Assembly (NCBI GenBank): GCA_965248695.1
Contig: CBDFKD010000002.1
Location: 2,752,001-2,816,000, forward strand
Reading direction: 5' to 3'
DNA length: 64,000 nucleotides
From: Acidobacteriota bacterium
Lineage (GTDB): Bacteria; Acidobacteriota; UBA890; WLXD01
The translations under genes were made by a program, and so were the position numbers. Numbering within the stretch: the stretch's first letter is position 1; every line of letters begins with the position of its first letter. The notes below the pieces were generated by a model. It saw only the letters and a list, made by a program, of their open reading frames with translations, searched no databases and was not told the DNA's origin. Shown in pieces: positions 1-9,805 of this stretch.

Positions 1-656
1 ATGGAGTCGGCCACGGTGGCCTCCCCGAGTGCCTGATGCCAGGCAGAGATGGGCAACTGACTGGCGATCAGAGTCGAGGCGCGTTCATGGCGATCTTCGA
101 TCACCTCGAGGATGTCGCGCCGTTCCATGTCGTTGAGCGGCGTAAGCAACCAGTCATCGATCACCAACAAGTTGGTTCTGGCGAGTCGGTTCATCAGACG
201 GGTGTAGGAGCCGTCGCCACGGGCGACGGCGAGTTGGTGAGGGAACCGGGCGGCGCGCACGTACAATGCCGTGAACCCAGATCGGCACGCCCTGTGCGCC
301 AGTGCGCAGGCCAGGAACGTCTTGCCGGTGCCGGTGGGTCCGGTGATCAGCAGGTTCAGGTTCTGGCGCAACCACTCACACGATCCCAGCGACAGCACCA
401 CCTGCCGGTCCAGCCCGCGGGATGCCTTGAAGTCGACATCTTCCATGCAAGCGGCGACGCGGAGTTTGGCGCGTTGGAGCCGGCGAGTGAGCTTACGCCG
501 CTCGCGTGCGGTGTACTCGGCCTCGATCATCATGCCGACCCGATCCTCGAACGGTAGATCGGCGTACTGGCTCGTGGACAGCTGCAACTCGAACAGCTCG
601 GCCATCGCCCCCATCTTCATGGCCAGCATCTTGTCGATCGTCGGTTGCCTCAGCAT
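1..656 (-). CDS. istB: IS21 helper ATPase IstB (3' end beyond window)
   Basis: Begins MLRQPTIDKMLAMKMGAM at an ATGCTGA overlap with the istA stop; Walker A ITGPTGTGKT. Confidence 0.92.
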   Translation of the reverse strand, partial: MLRQPTIDKMLAMKMGAMAELFELQLSTSQYADLPFEDRVGMMIEAEYTARERRKLTRRLQRAKLRVAACMEDVDFKASRGLDRQVVLSLGSCEWLRQNLNLLITGPTGTGKTFLACALAHRACRSGFTALYVRAARFPHQLAVARGDGSYTRLMNRLARTNLLVIDDWLLTPLNDMERRDILEVIEDRHERASTLIASQLPISAWHQALGEATVADS

Positions 657-2197
657 GAGCTGGACTCGGCGTAGTAATCAGCACCGCGGATGTTCTCGTG
701 GACTGGCACTGCGGGAGTTCGGTGCTGTTGCGCGGGCTGCCGATCCAGGCCCGAGGAGAGGATGTTCTTGATCGTGCCGTAACGGCACGATCCGAGGGTC
801 TCGGCGCGCGCGCTCGCTGCCTCCAGTCGTTCCGATCCGTAGCGCTTGCTCAAGCGCATGATCCCCAAACAGGAGCGATACCCCTGTTCCGGATGAGGGA
901 AGGTGGCCATGATCTGCGCCACCACCCGAGCGGTGGCAGGACCGGTGCGCCCGGCCCAGCCGATCAGACGCGACGGGGTGCATTGCGCATGCGCCCGATG
1001 CGAAGCGGGCATGTGCTCGGCACAAGTGGAGTGGCTGCCTTTGCCCACGAGACGGCGGTGGCCGCCAACTCGGTTGCCCTTGAAGTACAGCTCCACGGTC
1101 AGAGCGGTGAAGCGTGCCTCCACCTGCTGATGAACCAACTGATAGGGCACCGAGTACCAGTTGCCGTCAACCTGCACGTGGTAGTCGATGTTGACCGTGC
1201 AGCGGAGCCACTCGGCCATCTCATAGGCGGCTGACGGCAACGGCTGCAGCAGTGGCCGGTCCAGACGCTCGTACAACTGTCGTCGGGATGCGCCGAGCTG
1301 CTGCATGGGCTTGTCGTTGATGATCTCGAGTTGCTCGCGGATCGCACCGTTCAGCTCGGCCAAGCTGAAGAAGGTGCGGTTGCGCAATACGGCCAGGATC
1401 CAACGCTGCGCCAGTAGCACGGAGCTCTCCACCTTGGCCTTGTCGCGAGGCTTGCCGGCGCGCGTCGGGATCACCGCCGCACCGTAGTGCTCGGCCATCT
1501 CGGCGTAGCTGCGGTTCACGGTCGGCTCATACCGGCAGGCCCGAGTAACGCCGCTCTTGAGGTTGTCCGGAACGAGGATCTCAGCACTCCCGCCGAAGTA
1601 CTCCAACATCCGCACATGCGATCCGATCCACGAGGCCAGATCCTGGCCAGCGCTTGCCTCGGCGTACACGTAGGAGCTGGCGCCGAGCACCCCGACGAAC
1701 AACTCGACGGTACGGGCATCACCGCTGTGGCGGTCAACGACGCTCGGTCGCTTGCCGGAGTAGTCCACGAAGATCTTGTGGCCGGCGCGGTGCACCTGCC
1801 GCATCGATGGGGACAGCTTGCGCCGGAAGCGTCGGTATCGCTCGCAGAACTGCGTGTAGCGATATCCGTCAGGGTGATCCTCCAGGTACTCGTGCCACAG
1901 CAGTTGTAGCGTCACCCCGGGGCGCCGCAGCTCCCGGTGAACCCAGGCCACATCCGGCGACGGGCGCGGGTTGCTCGGTGGCGCCGGCGCTCTGAACAGC
2001 TTCCCCTCCAGCGCGATGTCATCAAGCTCTGCCGGCAGCGGCCAGCTCAGCCCGGCCGCCGCGGCGCGCTGCAGGTAGTCGCTCACGGTCGAACTGCTCA
2101 CGCCACACGCGCGGGCGATCTGGCGGTGCGGTAGCCCTTGGAACTTCAGCCGCAGGATCTGTCGAACTTGTCTCATCGGTAGCCTCTTGGTTGCCAT
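650..2197 (-). CDS. istA: IS21 transposase IstA
   Basis: N-terminal HTH, FVDYSG, PDNLKSGV and PRDKAKVE motifs. Confidence 0.96.
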   Translation of the reverse strand: MATKRLPMRQVRQILRLKFQGLPHRQIARACGVSSSTVSDYLQRAAAAGLSWPLPAELDDIALEGKLFRAPAPPSNPRPSPDVAWVHRELRRPGVTLQLLWHEYLEDHPDGYRYTQFCERYRRFRRKLSPSMRQVHRAGHKIFVDYSGKRPSVVDRHSGDARTVELFVGVLGASSYVYAEASAGQDLASWIGSHVRMLEYFGGSAEILVPDNLKSGVTRACRYEPTVNRSYAEMAEHYGAAVIPTRAGKPRDKAKVESSVLLAQRWILAVLRNRTFFSLAELNGAIREQLEIINDKPMQQLGASRRQLYERLDRPLLQPLPSAAYEMAEWLRCTVNIDYHVQVDGNWYSVPYQLVHQQVEARFTALTVELYFKGNRVGGHRRLVGKGSHSTCAEHMPASHRAHAQCTPSRLIGWAGRTGPATARVVAQIMATFPHPEQGYRSCLGIMRLSKRYGSERLEAASARAETLGSCRYGTIKNILSSGLDRQPAQQHRTPAVPVHENIRGADYYAESSSC

Positions 2198-2270
2198 CCA
2201 TCGCTCCTCCTGGCGTTAGGAGGCGCCATGGTGCCGCACTTGCTACCGATGGATCCCTGCTCTCAGATCC

Positions 2271-2386
2271 TCGCGATCGGCTCCGAAATGAGCGATCGCG
2301 ATGGTCCGAAACCAGTGATCGGCATCAACCGAAATCCGTGATCGCGATAAACCGAAACGGGCGATCGGGATGCTCCGAAATACGCA
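2271..2386. repeat. IS21 subterminal repeats (~5 x 22 bp, GATCG...CCGAAA)
   Basis: CCGAAA and GATCG recur with ~22-bp period up to the IS end. Confidence 0.85.
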
Positions 2387-2512
2387 CTTGCGCGTGCGCA
2401 GGGGCACGCCCAGCCGTTTAGCCTGGTTGGGCCAGGCTCTCAGGTCCACTTCCCAGACCTGTTTGTCCCGGAAGGTGCGCTGCGTCGGTTCCGGTGAAAA
2501 CAGCTTGCTCAC
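2387..2512 (-). pseudogene. N-terminus of a phage tyrosine integrase interrupted by IS21
   Basis: MSKLFSPEPTQRTFRDKQVWEVDLRAW aligns with MTKPFNPVPRQCRHRGRRKWEVDCRPW of the integrase at 22620-23717; same position after xis. Confidence 0.8.
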
Positions 2513-2675
2513 GTACCCACTCCTGTGTGATGTCAGGATCGAAACGCCAGCGCGATCCTACTCGAATGGCGGGGATGGCTCCTTGAATGGCGAGATCTCG
2601 CACGGTACGCGGAGCCATCTGGTAGAAGGCAGCCGCTTGCCGTAGCGTCCATAGCACGCGCTCCCGTTGAGCCAT
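2418..2675 (-). CDS. Excisionase-like HTH_17 protein (prophage remnant)
   Basis: VLWTLRQAAAFYQMAPRTVRDLAIQGAIPAIRVGSRWRFD. Confidence 0.8.
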   Translation of the reverse strand: MAQRERVLWTLRQAAAFYQMAPRTVRDLAIQGAIPAIRVGSRWRFDPDITQEWVREQAVFTGTDAAHLPGQTGLGSGPESLAQPG

Positions 2676-2984
2676 CAGGACCGCACCGCCTGTAGCGGGA
2701 TCAGCTCCGCGTCGAACAGTTGGACGAACAGCTCCGCCTGACGCGACCACGGCTCGGGTATGTCATTGAAGTCCTTGGCATCGAACGCCGCGTGCATCGG
2801 ACAGTTGTCCCAGGTGTGGCAGTTCCAGACCTCGGGCGTGGCCACCGCTTCCAGAGGCTTGCCGCCGGCCGTCAGAAGTGCCGGTAGATCCGCTACGTAC
2901 TCCGACCACTTCTGCCCCGTCGGCATAGTCGTCTCGGCAGACAACTTGGCTCCCCGCAGGTTGGCTCCCCGCAGGTCGGCTCCC
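2675..2984 (-). pseudogene. Pentapeptide-repeat phage protein, 5'-truncated
   Basis: [14 protein letters not shown] plus a C-terminal ~220 bp nearly identical to 24418-24630. Confidence 0.8.
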
Positions 2985-3551
2985 AGCGGGCACGATCCGC
3001 ATACCGGAGCGGTGCTGTGGGAGTTCGACTGGCCGGGGATCTCGTCCGCCGACTCCAACGTCTCGCAAGCGGTGCCGGTGGGCTCGAACCGTGTCTTCAT
3101 CTCCAAGGGCTACGGCGGCGGTGCGGCACTGTACGAGCTCGACCCAGCGGCCGCGGGCACATTCACCGGCCGTCAGCTCTGGCACCAGCCGCGCGTGCTG
3201 CGCACCAAGCTCACCAACGTCGCCATGCGCAACGGCTACGCCTACGGGCTGTCGGAGGGCATCCTCGAATGCGTCGACCTGGCCACCGGCGAGCGCGTAT
3301 GGAAGGCCGGCCGCTACCACCACGGCCAGATCCTCATGGTGGGGGAGGTGCTGCTGGTGCTCACCGAGGACGGCGAGATGGTCATGGTCGAGGCGTCACC
3401 CGAGAACCGCAACAACGTCCTCGGCCGCTTCCAGGCGATCAACGGCCACACCTGGAACAACTTCGCGCTCTACGGCGACATCCTGCTGGTGCGCAACGGG
3501 CAGGAGGCCGCGGCGTATCGATTACCTGGGCACCGATCAAGGTCCAGATGA
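2985..3551 (+). pseudogene. C-terminal fragment of PQQ-binding-like beta-propeller protein
   Basis: DPHTGAVLWEF, LECVDLATGERVWK and HTWNNFALYGDILLVRN; no start, abrupt junction at ~2985. Confidence 0.75.
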
Positions 3552-3624
3552 CCTCGGCATCCGCCAGCTCGCGCGCTACGGAGCACAGAGTCGGCCATGG
3601 CGGCACGTTCGGAAGTCGCAGCAT
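3520..3624 (-). pseudogene. N-terminal stub of nucleotidyltransferase-like (AbiEii-like) toxin
   Basis: Start coupled to the upstream stop; ...EVIWTLIGAQV then runs into the opposite-strand PQQ fragment. Confidence 0.5.
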
Positions 3625-4310
3625 CAGCTGGGCCAGAGTCTGTCGAGTAGCTCCTGGCCGGCCCGTTGACTGCGACCGTCGTCAGCTTCGATGAGATCCA
3701 GTGCGACGACAAGCGACCAGACAGCCGAGCTGTTCGCCGGAAGCCGTTCGCCATCCTCCGTGACGTGGATGAACAGGTTGGGTGCCTCGGAACGGGCCCC
3801 GAGGGGATAACTTCGCTCCAGACCGGACCAGTTCGAGCTCGAGACATATGCCTCGAGCTCGCCCAGGGACGAGACGTCGGCACCATGCGCCGCTGCTGCA
3901 CTGACGCCGGCCTCGTGCAGCTCGGGCTCTTCGGCGAGACGGTCGATAGACGCCGGGTGCGCCCGGTAACGTCGTAGCTCGGCGCGTGACTTCAGTTTTG
4001 CCACCAGCTCAGCGCGTGGCGATGTTCGCAGCCGCCGTTTAAGCTGAGACTGGTGGGATGCGGACAGCCATTCGGGCGCCTCGCCGACAATCAGGTGCAA
4101 GAGCGCCCAGGACACAGACTGGTTGAACGGCCTGCCGGGAGCCCTCGATGCTCGCAGTCGATCCTCGACAGCTCGCGCCTGCAGTACCCACCGTCCACCG
4201 ACGCGCTGGGCATCGATCACCCCATCCCGGATCAACGCCCTGACTCGTTGGTCAGTTACGCCGAGATGTCGGGCGGCGTCTGGAACGGAAAGCAGCTCGG
4301 TCGCGTACAT
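3624..4310 (-). CDS. HTH_17 + AbiEi-like type IV antitoxin
   Basis: N-terminal excisionase HTH; C-terminal GVSAA...LEAYV...PNL...VVALDLIE...R. Confidence 0.65.
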   Translation of the reverse strand: MYATELLSVPDAARHLGVTDQRVRALIRDGVIDAQRVGGRWVLQARAVEDRLRASRAPGRPFNQSVSWALLHLIVGEAPEWLSASHQSQLKRRLRTSPRAELVAKLKSRAELRRYRAHPASIDRLAEEPELHEAGVSAAAAHGADVSSLGELEAYVSSSNWSGLERSYPLGARSEAPNLFIHVTEDGERLPANSSAVWSLVVALDLIEADDGRSQRAGQELLDRLWPS

Positions 4311-4448
4311 GGCACAATCTCTTACTAAAATTATTCTTAATAGTTAGGTTTATTAAATTCGCCTGCATGAGAGCAGCCAACGCTGCGTTTCTTAAGTGTG
4401 TGAAGGCGTGCCTAAAAGCAGCGCCGCCGACGGTATAGGCGAATCGAA

Positions 4449-5531
4449 TTGGAGCCTTGGGGGAAGGAGACTCAGGAAATAGTGGGTGTCCGTCATGGGC
4501 ACTCGCGACCATTCAGAAGCTATGCCTTGATCATCACAGTCGGGGTGTTAGTCGTCGCCGTTTTCGCGGAGGCGTCTATAAGACAGGTCGGTCGGCCGCA
4601 CATCGATGCGCAGACGATCCTACGAGGGACGGTTGCCGACTTGCAATCGGGAGCGCGAATTCGAGCCGCCCATGTGCTCGCGAGGGGGATCGGTCGCGGC
4701 ACGACGAACAACCACGGCGTGTTCAAGCTGCGAAGATCGCCACCCGTCGTCGCCGGCACCTACCCCTTCACCATCCGAGCCTCTGGATATTGGCCGCGCA
4801 GAGCATATGTGCAGATTCCACCAGCAGGAGGGCGAGTACGAACTGATCACAGTCTGTTCCCGCGCCCAGGCCCGGCGCTTAAGTTCTTTGATCGAGCGAT
4901 TCGCGACTCCCTCAACGGGCTGACCACTCGCTGGGTGGCGGCTCCACCGATGTTCGTGGTGGCTGATTGGCGTCTTGGGTGCGTTGTTGGGACACCTATC
5001 GCATGCGAGACATGGGTTGTTACTTCCGAGCCGATCACGGCTCAATTACGCGCGTGGTACGAGGAGATCGTTCTTCAAGACGCGCCGATCCTGACCGGCG
5101 GGTTCGCTTCCGGTTCTCTCGGCACGTGGTCGCTCCAGCCTGGTACCACGCTCTCGCAACAGGAGCTCTTAGAAAACGGGCGCTACCTGTTGGCTGAACA
5201 TACCGATCTTCAGCTTCTGTTTAGCGGTCCACGAGCTGAGGGTGGAAAACCGATTGTTACCCAGGCGCTGATCATCTCTCGCGGCGACTTCACCCGGTGG
5301 CTTGTACTGCGTCTATTCGCCCAGGGGCTTGGTTACCGCGGTTTGGCAACTGCGCAAGATTGTGCGGATTGGCTCCGCCTCAGCTTACGTACCTCGGCAT
5401 GCGAGAGCCATGCTGATAGAGCTACTCGGAACGACCGCATATACGGAGCTGCGCTCTATGCGCGCCCGGCCGGGAACCGGTGGCCGGACGAGGACCCTGA
5501 TCCGGATTGCGCAACGTGCGAAGCCACGTAA
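4449..5531 (+). CDS. Exported hypothetical protein with carboxypeptidase-regulatory-like domain
   Basis: TM segment; LRGTVAD...G...TTNNHGVF...GTYPFTIRASGY; start uncertain. Confidence 0.55.
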   Translation: MEPWGKETQEIVGVRHGHSRPFRSYALIITVGVLVVAVFAEASIRQVGRPHIDAQTILRGTVADLQSGARIRAAHVLARGIGRGTTNNHGVFKLRRSPPVVAGTYPFTIRASGYWPRRAYVQIPPAGGRVRTDHSLFPRPGPALKFFDRAIRDSLNGLTTRWVAAPPMFVVADWRLGCVVGTPIACETWVVTSEPITAQLRAWYEEIVLQDAPILTGGFASGSLGTWSLQPGTTLSQQELLENGRYLLAEHTDLQLLFSGPRAEGGKPIVTQALIISRGDFTRWLVLRLFAQGLGYRGLATAQDCADWLRLSLRTSACESHADRATRNDRIYGAALYARPAGNRWPDEDPDPDCATCEAT

Positions 5532-7387
5532 GCGTTGAGACCACACGCACGACGGCCGGGGCACCGGGTGCGCGTGCGCTAACCGTAGTATTGGGCGTGT
5601 TCGTAGCCGTGGCGACTTCGCATGCCCGCAGCGTGGTCCCAGGAAGTAGTACCCAGTTTCGCGCCGAAATCTTGCAGCGCGTCGCCTACACCATCGTCTT
5701 GGACGCTGCAGATGCCCCAGTTTCTCACCTACAAGAAACGGACTTCCGCATCTTCGAGGGCGACGACGAGCGGTCCATCAATATGTTTCTTGCGCCCACC
5801 TCCACCGGACTGGACTTGGCCGTGCTGCTGGATCGGTCCTCGACCATGTCGGGGCGCACCAGAGAGGTACAAGACTGGACCGTCCGTATCCTCGATGGAC
5901 TCCGCTCGACAGACTGCGTAAACGTTCTCTGGTTCAACGAACGGGTCCATAGCAGCGGCTGGCAGCAACCGCATGAAACCGAGCTGCGACAGTTTCTCTC
6001 GGAGGTAGAGTTCGGCGGTGATACGGCACTCTACGACGCCATTCTCCAGGCCCAGAGGGCATTCGTGGTTCGTGCCCACTTCAGCGCGGCGGGATCGAGC
6101 CCGCATAGGGCGCTCGGCTATGGCTATAGCAACCGCGCTACGGATCCTGTGTTCCCATTCAGACCCTTGCTCTCGGGTGGGGCCGCGCTTCCTGGAAGAT
6201 CAAGTGGTGCTTGCAGTGCAAGCGTGTTGCATCCTGGCGATCGGCGCCAAGCCATCTTGATGCTGACCGACGGGGAAGACACGGCGAGCCAATCGAACTT
6301 TGGCGAAGTACTGCTCGCTACGGCTTTCTTGCGCGTTCCGATCTTCGCTGCCGGTTTGGCGCCACGCATGTCCAGCAACGAGCGTTTCGATCTACTACGT
6401 CGATTCCGCCGAAAGAACCAGGATAACCGCTGGAGGCTGCACGCGAGCGCGGGCAATTTTCGCCGGGCGGACGTTATCGAGCCGATCGTGCGCGCGTCGG
6501 GAGGGTCGGTTCTGGACGCCATGTCGACGCAGCAAGCGTATGAGGGGCTGGGCGATCTTCTGCGGGCATTCTACATGATCGGCTTCCCGAGCGGCGAACC
6601 GGGCGTGATTCGCAACAATCTGCCCGTGCGCGTTGAAACCATCGTTGAAGGCGTGCGCGTAGAAGCGCAGACTGCCTACCCTATTGCCGGGACATCGCAT
6701 GCTGCCACCGCCACGATGGCTGTCGTTCGCGGACTGGAACACCTCGGCAGCGGTGATCTCGGAGCGGCGCAGCGTGAGTTTGATGTTGCGATCGGACAAG
6801 ACGCCGAACTAGGCGCAGCGCAGTACGGACGGGGTCTGGTACTGGCTCGACTGGGGCACGCAACTCAAGCACGCGCAGCCTTGCGAAAAGCAGCTCAGCT
6901 TGCCCCGTGGCTGAGTGACGTACATGCGCAACTTGCGGTGGTGGAGAACCAAGCTGGAAACCACGAACTGGCGTCTGCCTACGCACGGCAAGCAGTAGAC
7001 GCCGATCCCGATGCTATCTGGACAATCGGTAATCTTCTTTCCGACGATAGTAAGAATCGCGACCGACGTCTGGTGCACCTTCTTCACCCGCGGGCACAGA
7101 CTGTCGAGGCACAGCTTGTCATCGTTCGAATCCTCGCGAGTATCGGAAGAGCGATTCTGAATGACCATAATCTCGGTTTGGCCGCCCACCCCGAGCACGC
7201 CGAGTTAGGGCTCGTCTTGACCATCGACGAGCTGACTAGGGGGTTGCCGCGTCGGCTTGTCGCAACGGTTGAGGTGTATGGCCACTCGGGTAATCGGGTC
7301 GTAAAGAGTAGCTTGAATGTCGATGACGTTGACCGCATTGACCGAATCGATGCTGCCGCAGCGCGCTTATTGGGCGCCTGGCGTTGA
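5507..7387 (+). CDS. VWA-domain + TPR protein
   Basis: MIDAS LLDRSSTM, GDTALYDAI, LTDGEDTAS; TPR helices in the C-terminal third. Confidence 0.85.
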   Translation: MRNVRSHVSVETTRTTAGAPGARALTVVLGVFVAVATSHARSVVPGSSTQFRAEILQRVAYTIVLDAADAPVSHLQETDFRIFEGDDERSINMFLAPTSTGLDLAVLLDRSSTMSGRTREVQDWTVRILDGLRSTDCVNVLWFNERVHSSGWQQPHETELRQFLSEVEFGGDTALYDAILQAQRAFVVRAHFSAAGSSPHRALGYGYSNRATDPVFPFRPLLSGGAALPGRSSGACSASVLHPGDRRQAILMLTDGEDTASQSNFGEVLLATAFLRVPIFAAGLAPRMSSNERFDLLRRFRRKNQDNRWRLHASAGNFRRADVIEPIVRASGGSVLDAMSTQQAYEGLGDLLRAFYMIGFPSGEPGVIRNNLPVRVETIVEGVRVEAQTAYPIAGTSHAATATMAVVRGLEHLGSGDLGAAQREFDVAIGQDAELGAAQYGRGLVLARLGHATQARAALRKAAQLAPWLSDVHAQLAVVENQAGNHELASAYARQAVDADPDAIWTIGNLLSDDSKNRDRRLVHLLHPRAQTVEAQLVIVRILASIGRAILNDHNLGLAAHPEHAELGLVLTIDELTRGLPRRLVATVEVYGHSGNRVVKSSLNVDDVDRIDRIDAAAARLLGAWR

Positions 7388-7421
7388 CGAATCTGACAGT
7401 GCCCGGATAGCCTTCGCCGGT

Positions 7422-7638
7422 ATGGAAGGACCGCATCAGGGCGCTCGTAGAAGAGCGCGGCACGACGCTCACTCAGGTGGCGGAATCCATGCCGACACCG
7501 GCTGGCCGAACGAGCTTCTGGCGCGTGGTGAGCAGCACGCGGCCGACGAAAGATCCTCGTGCTTCGACCCTGCAGAAGATCGCCGGCGCCCTCGGCGTCA
7601 CCCTCAGCGAGCTGCTCGAAGGCGTCGAGTTCGACTAG
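7422..7638 (+). pseudogene. Frameshifted paralog of cI-like repressor A (33828-34049)
   Basis: Roughly 85% nt identity from the -35 box to the stop; 5-bp deletion after ATGGAA; ends ELLEGVEFD*. Confidence 0.85.
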
Positions 7639-7922
7639 CCGGACAGGACCAGCCGAAGCCAGCGGGACACGACCGAGCCACCGGCCGCCCCGCCATCCCC
7701 CTGAACGCGGTTCAGCCACAGGAGAAATCGATGTCGAACGAGAACGTTACGGCGTATTCCAGCGTCGCCCCTCAGCCCGATGCCGTGCTGATACCCTTCC
7801 TCCTCACTGGGCGCCGCTGGGGCGGGCGCTCTCGTCGACGACGAGTTCGCCCATTCCCAGGACCACATCACGCCGCGCTACGTCGAAGTAAGGGAGAGCA
7901 AGTTGTCGAGCGCAGTTGCTGT

Positions 7923-8147
7923 CCCCAAGCCGATGTGGTAAGCGCTGCGCTCCACGACCGCGCTGGAGAACCTGAACCGCGAGTTCCGTCGTCGCACCAA
8001 GACACGCAGGGCTCGTTCAGCACCGAGGCTGCGGCCGTCACGGTGCTCTGGGGCCTCATCGCCTTCGGGCAGATCCAGCCCCGGCGGATTGTCGGCTACA
8101 ACCACCTTCCGTACATCACCGCCCGGCGCTTCGCACGCCACCGATGA
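7923..8147 (+). pseudogene. Degenerate IS256 transposase C-terminal fragment
   Basis: PKPMW*ALRSTTALENLNREFRRRTK/QGSFSTEAAAVTVLWGL, homologous to 37464-37686. Confidence 0.85.
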
Positions 8148-8789
8148 GCATCGCGGGCCAAGCGACCCTGATCTGCCGTCCGGTGAGGCACTGAATGCGA
8201 GCATCCGCCTCGTCGTAGCGGTGCGCTCAGGGGATTCCTAATGCTGGACTTAGTGCAGCTTCTTGGCCGTGAGCGAGGTCGCACCATAGAACTCGCGCCT
8301 AGTAACGCCAGCCTAACGCACCATTCTCTTGATCCCCTTCCGCTCAAACTCGGCGTAGCCAGCGTCCACCGTTACGACTCGGCGCCGCGGGGCGCATATA
8401 TTAGCCGCGAAAGACGTAGTGGTGTTTGGGCGCACGAGAAGGCATGTGACACTACCTCCAGGGATACCCGTTTTACCCGCCGCAGGCGTGGCCGGATGAA
8501 CTCTTGTCGCGAGGCGGGTACGTTCCTCCAAGCGGAGCATCTACGCTGAATCTATACCACGAAAGCGTAGCGATGTGTTGACTTCCGGCCCCTTCACCAT
8601 GCCGCGGTGCTCCGTCTCCAGCTGCGCAAGGGGCGCCTCGCAGATCTTGGAGCTGCGGTACAGCCTTGACGCGAGTTTCGCGCGTCTGAGCCATACCTCT
8701 GGCCAATGCTGCTGCCACAGCGGGATATAGATGAACGGCGACGCTCAATCGCCAGCTTGAGCAGCGGGACGCTGAAGCGGCGGGGCGGC

Positions 8790-9126
8790 GCGGTGGACGC
8801 CAGGTCCGAGCGCGGCGCCGCCGTCCGCGCAGCTGGTCGAGCAGATCAAGAGCGCTGTGTGTCGCGGGCAACTAGGTCCCGGGGACCGCTTACCGTCGAT
8901 TCGACAGCTTGCCAATGAGCTGCGACTCAACCACGCCACAGTAGCCAACGCATACCGGTCGCTGGAGCATGACTCAATCATTCGGACCGAACGCTATCGG
9001 CGGGTCATCGTCCATCCGAACGCCCAGGCCAACAGCGCTAGCGGCGTTGCGCGCCGCGCAGGCATCGCGGCAACCGGGCTCAATCTTGTTCTGGCCGCTT
9101 CCACGGAGTCCAGTCGATGCCCATGA
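8790..9126 (+). pseudogene. GntR/YtrA-family regulator remnant
   Basis: QLVEQIKSAV..GQLGPGDRLPSIRQLANELRLNHATVANAY; no proper start. Confidence 0.7.
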
Positions 9127-9325
9127 CGTACTTCTGCATCCATCGGATCTCTTCGACGTCGCGGGTGCGCTGGTGCCTCGGCTCGCGGAACCCGTGCGGC
9201 TCGCGCGGGAAGCTCACGTAGCGAACCGGCGCCTTGCCGATGTCCTTCAGCGCGGTGAAGAACATCATGCTCTGTTGCGGGGTGCTGACTAGGTCGCGCT
9301 CACCGTGCAAGAGGAGCGTCCCTAG
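9080..9325 (-). pseudogene. S9 peptidase C-terminal fragment
   Basis: TLLLHGERD...VSFPREPHGFREP. Confidence 0.75.
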
Positions 9326-9590
9326 CCTACACGGCGCCGGCTCGACTACAGGGTAGCTTGGGTGGCCAAACCCGTACCACCGAAAGGGGCTCGAGAGACG
9401 GTCGCCCGGACAGCCGGCACCGGAGCATATCCGTGGTGTCTCTGTTGGTATCAGGGGCAGCATTGGGCACCGCTAAAGCCCTGAGAATCAAAGAGATATA
9501 GGGCTACGATCTCGAAGACTCCCACAGAAGTCTCGATGGCTTGGGTGGTAGGCGGTGCACCCAGTCTGGCGCGAACCCGTCTCTGGCTGA

Positions 9591-9785
9591 TTTCCCTGTA
9601 AACAGGGAGACAACAGGGAAAATTCGCCGATTGGGGCTCGAGTTGGCGGGTCGAGAGCCTGCTAACCCACTGATATTATGGGGTTTGCGGCCGAATTCCC
9701 TACGCAACGGAACAGGGAATTTTGGCGGCCCTAACAGGGAAATCTCGGAGCCAAACAGGGAAATCTGTACGCGGAAACAGGGAAC
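9591..9785. repeat. AACAGGGA(A) repeat cluster at end of serine-recombinase element
   Basis: Copies near 9601, 9612, 9711, 9733, 9754, 9776 (last four ~21-22 bp apart); inverted TTCCCTG at 9592. Confidence 0.8.
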
Positions 9786-9805
9786 GGCCTCCGTAGCCGG
9801 AACGG

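Larger units (their letters stand above)
1..2386 (-). mobile_element. IS21-family insertion sequence (far end outside window)
   Basis: istA-istB pair; end reads TGCGTATTTCGG from 2386 on the minus strand, followed by subterminal repeats. Confidence 0.93.

Noticed and set aside
7730-7830. FLLTGRRWG as integrase remnant after the orphan cI
   Set aside because: Too short and degenerate to support.
9551-9583. tRNA gene
   Set aside because: Only a loose T-arm-like resemblance; no cloverleaf.
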